Source: Methylocystis bryophila
GTDB lineage: Bacteria; Pseudomonadota; Alphaproteobacteria; Rhizobiales; Beijerinckiaceae
Length of the DNA: 40,000 nt
Assembly: GCF_027925445.1 (NCBI RefSeq)
Contig: NZ_AP027149.1
Coordinates: 3,550,178-3,590,177, forward strand
Direction: 5' to 3'
Below, piece by piece: positions 27,975 through 36,300 of this stretch (position 1 is the first letter of the stretch; each line of letters begins with the position of its first letter). The position numbers were made by a program, and so were the translations under genes. The notes under the pieces are model-generated. The model was not told where the DNA came from. It did not search any database and was given only the letters and a program-made list of their open reading frames with translations.

Positions 27975-28020
27975 CCCTCCCCCGCGTAGCCCGTCATTCG
28001 ACGGGCTACGCGGGGGAGGG
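27975..28020 (-). repeat. GC-rich palindromic repeat, copy i, with nested palindrome
   Basis: ccctcccccgcgtagcccgtc-attc-gacgggctacgcgggggaggg forms a 21-bp perfect stem, followed by ttggggagggg. Confidence 0.85.
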
Positions 28021-28036
28021 TTGGGGAGGGGACAAT

Positions 28037-28399
28037 CTAAGCGCCGCCCCTACCCTCTACCCAAGCCAGAATCGTCTCGCAGACGCCGTCGAGATTGCGA
28101 TACACGTCGTCATTGCTGACGCGCAACACGCGATACCCATTGGCGCCGAACCACGCCTCACGTCGCGCGTCGTCGGCAATCTATTCGTCGGTCGAATGCG
28201 TCGCGCCGTCCACCTCGATGACGAGGTTCGCCGTCGCACAGATGAAATCCGCGATGAAAGGGCCACAAGGCGCCTGCCGTCGAAAAGAGTGACCCGCAAG
28301 GCGATGCGCGCGCAGCCGATACCAAAGCTTGCGTTCGGCGTCAGTGAGATCATGCCGCAGCCCACGCGCATGCTGCGTCATGGTCTTTGTCTGACGCAC
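28037..28399 (-). pseudogene. DUF559 (Vsr-like endonuclease fold) gene interrupted by one in-frame TAG
   Basis: ORF 28181..28399 ends ...LVIEVDGATHSTDE-TAG. The same frame continues IADDARREAWFGANGYRVLRVSNDDVYRNLDGVCETILAWVEGRGGA to TAG 28037..28039. The two halves together make a full-length DUF559 domain. Confidence 0.8.
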
Positions 28400-28415
28400 A
28401 CGGCGGTCCTTTCAC

Positions 28416-28468
28416 GCCCCCTCCGGCTCGCTGCGCTCGCTACCTCCCCCGCTGCGCGGGAGAGGGAT
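28416..28468 (+). repeat. Composite repeat, right copy: leader + GC-rich palindrome copy j
   Basis: gccccctccggctcgctgcgctcgctacctcccccgc-tgc-gcgggagagggat. There are 3-4 mismatches to 27878..27930 by my hand alignment. Confidence 0.85.
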
Positions 28469-28533
28469 GCGCGGGCGCGCCATTACTGCTTACGTCGAAG
28501 TTCCCAGTACCGTCATCACATGCGCAACCCGCC

Positions 28534-28558
28534 CCCTCTCCCGCGAAGCGGGGGAGGG
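28534..28558 (-). repeat. GC-rich palindromic repeat, copy k
   Basis: ccctctcccgc-gaa-gcgggggaggg is identical to 15754..15778. It is followed by ttggggaggggg, as in copy i. Confidence 0.85.
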
Positions 28559-28583
28559 TTGGGGAGGGGGCATCGTGTGCATC

Positions 28584-29225
28584 TCATCTACATGAGACAC
28601 CGCAAGCAATGCATCGGAGCCTCGATGCGATGATCGCAACCGACTGAGATCCGCATCTTAGACAGAATTCGGAACTCATTCTGAGCGGTCTTCTCTCCTG
28701 AAGCGCTCGCCAAAAGTCATAGAACTCTGACGGGAAGTTGAACCGGCACATGAATGAAGCTCGATCATCGCATCCCACCGCAAGATAGGCTGGCGCCATC
28801 ACAAGCGCAGCCCAAGCGTTCGCTTGCCACTCCGCGCTCTCCGTGTTCTCGGCATAAGCGATTTGAGATTCGGTACTATATGAAAACGACGAGATGGCAT
28901 GCTTGTGAAATTTTGCATGAGCAAGCTCATGAAGCAACTTGAAGCAAGCCAGAGGCTCTGGAATCGCATCCCCAGCCTCGTCCCACAAACCTTCGTTGCA
29001 AACTATCGCCAGCTCTTTCCGATCAAAGTAAGGCTCCTCCTCCCGATCATGCCGGAGGAGGCGAAGCATTTCCTTTCTTTCAGGATCGAGACTAACATTC
29101 CTCTCAATCAGGATCCGAAAGCGGAGTTGGCACAGATGATCAACGCCAGCCCTTTCTCGCTCATCCATAGCCGATGCGAGCAGTGTTTCGTATGAACGAA
29201 ATGCGACTTTGTGGTCGATCGGCAT
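28584..29225 (-). CDS. ImmA/IrrE-family (DUF955) zinc metallopeptidase with C-terminal CxxC-CxxC zinc ribbon
   Basis: HELAHAKFH (HExxH) is followed about 25 aa later by E-WQANAWAALVMAPAYL (the E..aN.FA..LLmP signature). The C-terminus is CLRCGSQSVAIIASRLRCIACG. The ATG lies 15 nt after the nrdJ stop, with an AAGGGGGA SD. The gene is low GC: lines 28861 and 29041 count 37% and 50%. Confidence 0.7.
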   Translation of the reverse strand: MPIDHKVAFRSYETLLASAMDERERAGVDHLCQLRFRILIERNVSLDPERKEMLRLLRHDREEEPYFDRKELAIVCNEGLWDEAGDAIPEPLACFKLLHELAHAKFHKHAISSFSYSTESQIAYAENTESAEWQANAWAALVMAPAYLAVGCDDRASFMCRFNFPSEFYDFWRALQERRPLRMSSEFCLRCGSQSVAIIASRLRCIACGVSCR

Positions 29226-29240
29226 GGGCGTCCCCCTTCG

Positions 29241-32200
29241 TTAGGAACACCCCGTCGTCGCCCCGCAGGTCTCGCACTTCAGGCAGGTCCCGTTGCGCAC
29301 GAGCGTGAAATTCGCGCATTCGGGGCAGGCTTCGCCGACATAGCCCTTCATGCGCGCCTCGGCGCGCTTCTCGGCGACGCCATCGACGGGTTTCGAGGGC
29401 TCGGTCCAGCCAAGAATGGAAAGTGGCGTGTCGCCTAGTGCGAGCTCCGGCTCCGACTTCAGCGCCACCGCGCCCACCGAGCCCACCGCTTGCGGCGCGT
29501 TGCGCACGAGGCTCAGCCGGTCGGTCTTGTTACGCAGCAGCCCCCGCGAGACGATCGCCGCGGTCTCCGCCTTGCCTTCATGCTCGCCCTTGCCCAGCAC
29601 GTCATGGCCAATGTCGTCAGGCGAGACATGCGCGAGATCGTGACGGCCCAGATAGGAAATCGCGAGCTCGCGGAAGACGTAATCGAGAATGGAGGTCGCC
29701 ATCTTGATCGCGTCATTGCCGAGCACGAGGCCTGCCGGCTCAAAGCGCGTGAAGGTGAAGGCGTCGACATATTCCTCGAGCGGCACGCCATATTGGAGGC
29801 CAAGCGAGATCGCGATCGCGAAATTATTCATCAAGCTCCGGAAGGCCGCGCCCTCCTTGTGCATGTCGATGAAGATCTCTCCCAGGCGCCCGTCGACATA
29901 TTCGCCCGTGCGCAGATAGACCTTGTGCCCGCCGACCGCCGCCTTTTGCGTGTAGCCCTTGCGGCGATCGGGGAGCTTCTCGCGCTCGCGCACGAGCTGA
30001 TGCACAATGCGCTCGACGACGCGCTCGGCGACTTGGGCTACGCGCGCCGGCGTGTTCTGCGCGAGGAGCTCATCGACGCGCTCTTGCACGTCGTCGTCCT
30101 CTTCGTCCGCCGCCAAGAGCTGCGCCGAAAGCGGCTGCGAGAGCTTCGAGCCGTCACGATAGAGCGCATTGGCCTTGAGCGCGAGGCGCCAGGAGAGGAG
30201 ATAGGCCTGTTCGCAGTCCTCGATCGTCGCGTCATTGGGCATGTTGATCGTCTTCGAGATCGCGCCCGAGATGAAGGGCTGCGCCGCGGCCATCATGCGG
30301 ATGTGCGACTCGACCGAGAGATAGCGCTTGCCCAGACGCCCGCAGGGATTGGCGCAGTCGAAGACGGGATAATGCGCCGGCTTGAGGAATGGCGCGCCCT
30401 CGAGCGTCATCGCGCCGCAAATATGCGTGTTCGCCTGCTCGATCTCCTGGCGCGTGAAGCCCAGCGCCGTGAGCAGGTCGAAATTCTTGTCCTCCAGCGC
30501 CGCAGCCGGAACCTTCAGCGCGCCGGTCAGAAAATCTGCGCCGAGCGTCCATTTGTTGAAGACGAATTTGATGTCGAAGGCGGAAGCGAGCGCCGCTTCG
30601 ACAACGCTAAGCTTCTCGTCGGAGAAGCCCTTGGCGCGCAAGGTCGCGACGTTGATCGCCGGCGCGTTGGAAAGCGAGCCGTGGCCAACCGCGTGAGCCT
30701 CGATCTCGGCGATCTCCGATTCGGGATAGCCCAGCGCGCGCAGCGCCTCCGGCACGGCGCGATTGACGATCTTGAGGTAGCCGCCGCCGGCGAGCTTCTT
30801 GAATTTCACCAGCGCGAAATCGGGCTCGATGCCGGTCGTGTCGCAATCCATGACGAGACCGATCGTGCCCGTCGGCGCGATGACCGAGACCTGCGCGTTG
30901 CGATAGCCGTACATCTCGCCGAGCTTTAAGGCCTCCTCCCAGGAGTTGACGGCGGCCTCGACGAGCAGCCTATCCGGGCAAGCGGCGTGGTCGAGCGGCA
31001 CGGGCGGCGTCGCGAGCTTTTCATAGCCCTGCGTCTCGCCGCGCGCGGCGCGCGCATGATTGCGCATGACGCGCAGCATCGCCTCGCGGTTCTCCATGAA
31101 GCGCGCGAAGGGCCCGCGCTCGCGCGCCATTTCCGCCGAGGTGCGATAGGCGACGCCAGTCAGGATCGCCGAAAGCGCGCCGCCGATCGCGCGTCCCTCG
31201 GCGCTGTCATAGGCGATGCCCGACGACATCAAGAGGCCGCCGAGATTGGCGTAACCCAGGCCGAGAGTACGGTATTCGTACGAAAGCTGGGCGATCTCGC
31301 GCGAGGGAAACTGCGCCATCAGGACGGAGATCTCGAGCACGATCGTCCAGAGGCGCGTCGCGTGCTCATAGGCTTCGACGTCAATGCGCTTCGTCTCGGG
31401 ACTCCGGAACTGCAACAGGTTCAGCGAGGCGAGATTGCAGGCCGTGTCGTCGAGGAACATATATTCCGAGCAGGGGTTCGAGGCCCTGATCTCGCCGCCC
31501 TTCGGGCAAGTGTGCCAGTCGTTGATCGTCGTGTGGAACTGCACGCCGGGATCGGCGGAGGCCCAGGCGGCGTAGCCGATCTTCTCCCAGAGCTCGCGCG
31601 CCTTGAGCGTTTTCGAGACTTTGCCGTCGAGCCTTTTGGTGAGAGACCAATCCTCGTCCTTCTCGACCGCCTTGAGGAAAGCGTCGCTGACGCGCACGGT
31701 GTTGTTGGAGTTCTGACCCGAGACCGTCAGATAGGCCTCGCTGTCCCAATCGACGTCGAATGTGTCGAACTCGATGTCCTTGAAACCTTGGCGAGCGTAT
31801 TGGATCACGCGCCTGATCAGCGCGTCCGGCACTTCCTCGCGCCGCGCGAGCTTGATCTCCCGCTTCAAGGCCGGGTTGATCTCCGGGTTGAAGCAGTCGT
31901 CGTTCGGACCTTCGCAGTTGACGCAGGCGCGCAGGATCGCCTTCAGATGCTTCTTGACGATCTTGGAGCCGGCGACGAGCGCCGCAACCTTCTCTTCTTC
32001 CTTCACCTTCCAGTCGATGAAATCCTCGATGTCGGGGTGATCGACGTCGACGATGACCATCTTGGCCGCGCGCCGCGTCGTGCCGCCCGACTTGATCGCG
32101 CCCGCGGCGCGGTCGCCGATCTTCAGGAAGGACATCAGCCCCGAGGAGGAGCCCCCGCCCGAGAGCTTCTCCTTCTCGCCGCGCAGCTTCGAGAAGTTCG

Positions 32201-32897
32201 AGCCCGTGCCCGAGCCATATTTGAAGAGCCGCGCCTCGCGCACCCAGAGGTCCATGATCCCGCCGTCATTGACGAGATCGTCGGCGACAGACTGGATGAA
32301 GCAGGCGTGCGGCTGCGGGTGCTCGTAAGCGCTCTTGGACTTGACGAGCTTGCCGTTGGAGAAATCGACGTAATAGTGCCCCTGCCCCGGGCCGTCGACG
32401 CCATAGGCCCAATGGAGTCCTGTGTTGAACCATTGCGGCGAGTTGGGCGCCGCCATCTGCATCGCCATCATATAGCGAAGCTCGTCGAGGAAGGCCTCGG
32501 CGTCCTCTTCCCCATCGAAATAGCCGCCCTTCCAGCCCCAATAGGCCCAGGCGCCGGCGAGCCGGTCGAAGACCTGCTTGGCGCTGGTCTCCGAGCCCTG
32601 GCGCTTGTCCTTGGGCAGCGCCGCGAGCGCCTCGCTGTCGGCGACCGAACGCCACAGGAACGCGGGAACCGCATTCTCTTCGACGCGCTTGAGCTTCAAC
32701 GGCACGCCGGCCTTGCGGAAATATTTCTGCGCCAGCACGTCGCAGGCGACCTGGCTCCAGGCTGCCGGGACCTCGATGTTCTCGAGCGAGAAAACGACCG
32801 AGCCGTCCGGATTGCGGATCTCGCTCCTGCCGGCGCGGAACGCGATCGACGCATAGGGAGACTGTCCAGCCGTGGTGAAGCGCCGCTCGATTCTCAT
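29241..32897 (-). CDS. nrdJ: Adenosylcobalamin-dependent ribonucleoside-diphosphate reductase (class II)
   Basis: 1218 aa. Contains [50 protein letters not shown] and SKTINMP, plus the C-terminal ribbon [22 protein letters not shown]. This is the long alphaproteobacterial NrdJ form. Confidence 0.95.
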   Translation of the reverse strand: MRIERRFTTAGQSPYASIAFRAGRSEIRNPDGSVVFSLENIEVPAAWSQVACDVLAQKYFRKAGVPLKLKRVEENAVPAFLWRSVADSEALAALPKDKRQGSETSAKQVFDRLAGAWAYWGWKGGYFDGEEDAEAFLDELRYMMAMQMAAPNSPQWFNTGLHWAYGVDGPGQGHYYVDFSNGKLVKSKSAYEHPQPHACFIQSVADDLVNDGGIMDLWVREARLFKYGSGTGSNFSKLRGEKEKLSGGGSSSGLMSFLKIGDRAAGAIKSGGTTRRAAKMVIVDVDHPDIEDFIDWKVKEEEKVAALVAGSKIVKKHLKAILRACVNCEGPNDDCFNPEINPALKREIKLARREEVPDALIRRVIQYARQGFKDIEFDTFDVDWDSEAYLTVSGQNSNNTVRVSDAFLKAVEKDEDWSLTKRLDGKVSKTLKARELWEKIGYAAWASADPGVQFHTTINDWHTCPKGGEIRASNPCSEYMFLDDTACNLASLNLLQFRSPETKRIDVEAYEHATRLWTIVLEISVLMAQFPSREIAQLSYEYRTLGLGYANLGGLLMSSGIAYDSAEGRAIGGALSAILTGVAYRTSAEMARERGPFARFMENREAMLRVMRNHARAARGETQGYEKLATPPVPLDHAACPDRLLVEAAVNSWEEALKLGEMYGYRNAQVSVIAPTGTIGLVMDCDTTGIEPDFALVKFKKLAGGGYLKIVNRAVPEALRALGYPESEIAEIEAHAVGHGSLSNAPAINVATLRAKGFSDEKLSVVEAALASAFDIKFVFNKWTLGADFLTGALKVPAAALEDKNFDLLTALGFTRQEIEQANTHICGAMTLEGAPFLKPAHYPVFDCANPCGRLGKRYLSVESHIRMMAAAQPFISGAISKTINMPNDATIEDCEQAYLLSWRLALKANALYRDGSKLSQPLSAQLLAADEEDDDVQERVDELLAQNTPARVAQVAERVVERIVHQLVREREKLPDRRKGYTQKAAVGGHKVYLRTGEYVDGRLGEIFIDMHKEGAAFRSLMNNFAIAISLGLQYGVPLEEYVDAFTFTRFEPAGLVLGNDAIKMATSILDYVFRELAISYLGRHDLAHVSPDDIGHDVLGKGEHEGKAETAAIVSRGLLRNKTDRLSLVRNAPQAVGSVGAVALKSEPELALGDTPLSILGWTEPSKPVDGVAEKRAEARMKGYVGEACPECANFTLVRNGTCLKCETCGATTGCS

Positions 32898-33179
32898 GGG
32901 TCAATTCCTGCTGGGGCGCCCTCGTCATCTAGGGCGCAAGGCTCGTCGTCGGCGCCCGCGCCGCCAAGGCGCAAGCCTTGGCCCGGGGCGCCGGGTGGAA
33001 ACGCTTCGGCTCGCGGACTCTTTTCGGGAACGCTGGCGCGCTGACGAACGGGCGGCTCCGGGTCATTCGAACCGCCGGCATCCCCGCCCCGATCCCGCGC
33101 CCGCGTGTCCATTCGTAATATCCGAAGAGTGGGCCAAAGGCGGACCCACGTCAAGATTTTGTGATCAAATTCTTTATGA

Positions 33180-33195
33180 ACCCTATATGTTGGGG
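33180..33195. promoter_or_regulatory. Candidate NrdR box
   Basis: acccTATATgttgggg matches 11 of 16 positions of the ACACTATATATAGTGT-type consensus as I remember it. It lies about 285 nt upstream of the nrdJ ATG. I found no convincing second box. Confidence 0.25.
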
Positions 33196-33199
33196 AAAT

Positions 33200-33218
33200 T
33201 CGTGGATATCGTGGATAA
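33200..33218. promoter_or_regulatory. Tandem 9-mers TCGTGGATA-TCGTGGATA(A), resembling DnaA boxes
   Basis: CGTGGATAA (33210..33218) matches 8 of 9 positions of TGTGGATAA, the complement of TTATCCACA. CGTGGATAT (33201..33209) matches 7 of 9. Located in the nrdJ/helicase divergent region. Confidence 0.35.
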
Positions 33219-33361
33219 ATCGGTCGAGAGGCGTTCGGGGAAGGCTGCGAATCGTACAGGGGGCCGGTTTCCGCCAGGCTTCGCCAAATCGCCAGAGGCG
33301 GAACTTTCCGCTATGTGATTGAAGCGCCCCGTGCTCGATAGGGCGTCCGTGGGAGCGGTCG

Positions 33362-36300
33362 GTGGCGGAAGGGTCGGATTTTTTCCAGGAGGCGTTGGCC
33401 GCGCCCCTCTCGAGCGCGACGCCGCGCCCGGCGTCGCGGGCGCCTCAGCTCTCGCAGCCCCCGCATAAGGGCGTCGCCGCGCTGCTCGGGCCGACCAACA
33501 CCGGCAAGACGCATCACGCCATCGAGCGCATGCTCTCCTTCAAGAGCGGCCTGATCGGCCTGCCGCTGCGTCTGCTCGCGCGAGAGGTGTATGGGCGCGT
33601 GGTCCAGAAGGTCGGCGCGGACAGGGTCGCGCTGGTCACCGGCGAAGAGAAGATCAAGCCGCCCGCGCCGGACTACTGGGTCGCGACGGTGGAAGCCATG
33701 CCGCGCGATCTCGACGTTGAGTTCCTGGCGATCGACGAGGCGCAGCTCGCCGCCGATTACGACCGCGGCCACATCTTCACCGACCGTCTGCTGCGCTGGC
33801 GCGGCAAGGCCGAGACGCTTCTGATCGGCGCGCAGACGCTCGCGCCGGTGATCCAGCGCTTTCTGCCCGGCGCGCCGATCTTCTCGCGCCCGCGGATGTC
33901 GCAGCTCACCCATGCGGGCGCGCGCAAGATTGTGCGGCTGCCGCCGCGCAGCGCGGTCGTCGCCTTCTCGGCGGAAGAGGTCTATGCGATCGCCGAGTGG
34001 ATCAAGCGCCAGCGGGGCGGGGCGGCCGTCGTGCTCGGGGCGCTGTCTCCCAAGACGCGCAACGCGCAAGTCGAGCTCTATCAGAGCGGCGAGGTCGATT
34101 ATATTGTCGCGACGGACGCGATCGGCATGGGGCTCAACCTCGATATCGATCTGATCGCCTTCGCCTCCGACAGAAAATTCGACGGCTGGCGCCATCGCCG
34201 GCTCACGAGCGCGGAATTCGGGCAAATCGCCGGCCGCGCCGGGCGGCATATGAGCGACGGCGCCTTTGCGACGACCGGCCGCTGTCCGCCTTTCGATGAA
34301 GAACTGGTCGAGGCGCTGGAGGCGCATCGTTTCGATCCCGTGGCGACGCTGCAATGGCGCAATCCCGAGCTCGACTTCTCCTCGATCGAGGACCTCGCCG
34401 CCTCCCTCGATCGCGCGCCGAAGGAGCCGGGCCTCGTGCGCGCCCCTCCGCGCGAGGATCAGATCGCGCTCGAAATTCTCGCTCGCGACGAGGGCGTGCG
34501 CCGCAACGCCAAGGTCAGAGCCGACGTGGAGCGTCTGTGGGAAGCCTGCCAGATTCCCGATTACCGCAAGACCTCGCCCGCCGCCCACGCGGAGCTCGCG
34601 GCGACAATCTTCGCCTTCATCGCCCGACGCGGGAAAATTCCGCCGGACTGGATCGCCCGCCAGATCGCCCTGGTGGACATGGTCGAGGGCGACATCGCGA
34701 CCCTTGCGAATCGCCTCGCGCAGGTTAGAACCTGGTGCTTCGTCGCAAACCATGCGGGCTGGCTGGACGACGCCGCCCATTGGCAGGGCGTCGCGCGTCG
34801 GGTAGAGGACAGGCTGTCCTCCGCGCTGCACGAAGGCCTCATTCAGCGCTTCGTCGACCGCCGCGCCAGCGTTTTGATGCGGCGCCTCAGAGAGAATGCA
34901 ATGCTTGAAGCCGAAATCACTTCTGGTGGCGACGTTATCGTTGAGGGCCAGCATGTCGGGTCGCTGCAGGGTTTCCGCTTCACGGCGGACCCAAGCGTCG
35001 CTGGCGAGGCGGCGAAGGCGCTCAACGCGGCAGCGCACAGGGCGCTCGGGGCCGAATACGAAGCGCGCTCCACCCGCATCGCCGACGCGGTGGACGAGGC
35101 TTTCGCGCTCGCAAACGACGGGACGATCCGCTGGCTCGGGGAGCCGGTCGGCAGGATCGCGCCAGGGCCCGGGGTGCTGAAGCCGACGGCCCAGGTCCTC
35201 GCCGACCCCGAGCTCGGGGAAGCCTTGCTCGAGAAGGTGAAGCGCCGGCTGGAGCTTTGGCTCGCCCAACGCATCAAAAAACTGCTCGGCGCGCTCGAGC
35301 CGCTCGAATCGGGCGAGGGACTTTCCGGGACCGTCCGCGGCGTCGCCTTTCAAATCGCCGAGGAGCTCGGCGTCTTGGAGCGCTATCGCGTCGCCAAGGA
35401 AATCCGGAATTTCTCGCAAGAAGATCGCGCCGCGCTCCGCAAGCTCGGCGTGCGTTTCGGCGCCTATCACCTCTATCTCCCGCTCTTGCTGAAGCCCGCG
35501 CCCCGCTCGCTCGCCTCGCTGCTCTGGGCTCTGCGCCACGGCGGGCTCGAGGGCGTGAAGGGCCTCGAGGAGGCGCCGCATCTTGCGGCCTCGGGCCGCA
35601 CCTCCTTCGCCGCCGATCCCAATGTCGGCAAAGAATTTTATCGGGCCGCGGGCTATAGGCTCTGCGGCGACCGGGTCGTGCGCGTGGACATATTGGAGCG
35701 CCTCGCCGACCTCATCCGTCCCGCGATCGCTTACCGCCCGGGCGCAAGCGTTGGCGAGCCGCCTGCGGGAACCGCGGACGGCGACGGCTTCGTCGTCACC
35801 GTGGCGATGACCTCGCTCACCGGCTGCTCAGGGGAAGCCTTCGCCTCGATCCTGCGCTCGCTCGGCTATGTCAGCGCACAACGGCCCGGACCCGCGATCA
35901 CTGTGCCGATCATCCCGGCGGCCGCGACGAAGCCCGTGGTCGCAGCGCCGGCCGCGGAAGAAGGCGCGGCTCCGGCCACCGAGGCCGCGGTCACGAAGCC
36001 GGAAGCCGCCGAGCCGGAGACCACGGAGCCCGGGATCGCCGAGCCAGCCGGGGACGCCATCGAGGCGGGGCCGGCCGCCGAGGCGTTGGAAATCGCCGAC
36101 GCGACCGTCGCAGAAGTCGAAGTCCCGGCCCCAGCAGAAGGAGAGCCGGCGGCGCCCCCCGAAGCGACCCCTGCCCCCGAGACAGACGAAGGCGCGACAG
36201 CGCAGGCGGGCGAGCCCGAGGCGACAGCGCCGAGCGAAACGCCCGAAAGCGAAGCCGCGCCGCAAGACGCCGCATTGCCGGAGGCCGCGGCGCCGGTCGC

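Noticed and set aside
29241-32897. Intein or other insertion in the 1218-aa NrdJ
   Set aside because: This length is normal for the long alphaproteobacterial class II enzyme. I saw no Cys/Ser...HN-Cys splice-junction blocks or homing-endonuclease motifs interrupting the conserved segments.
29490-33044. Two long forward ORFs (479 and 685 aa) antisense to nrdJ
   Set aside because: NrdJ on the minus strand is full-length with all conserved blocks. The forward peptides are R/A/L/D-rich shadow translations.
32898-33150. Cobalamin riboswitch in the nrdJ leader
   Set aside because: I could not find a B12 box (GCCACTG-like) or the conserved GGGAA/GGTG core. Known B12 riboswitches usually repress B12-independent isozymes, not nrdJ.
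33311-35581. 756-aa ORF antisense to the SUV3-like helicase (similar case: 36812..38164 antisense to manC)
   Set aside because: Same reasoning. The sense strands carry Walker A/B and nucleotidyl-transferase/cupin motifs, while the antisense products have none.
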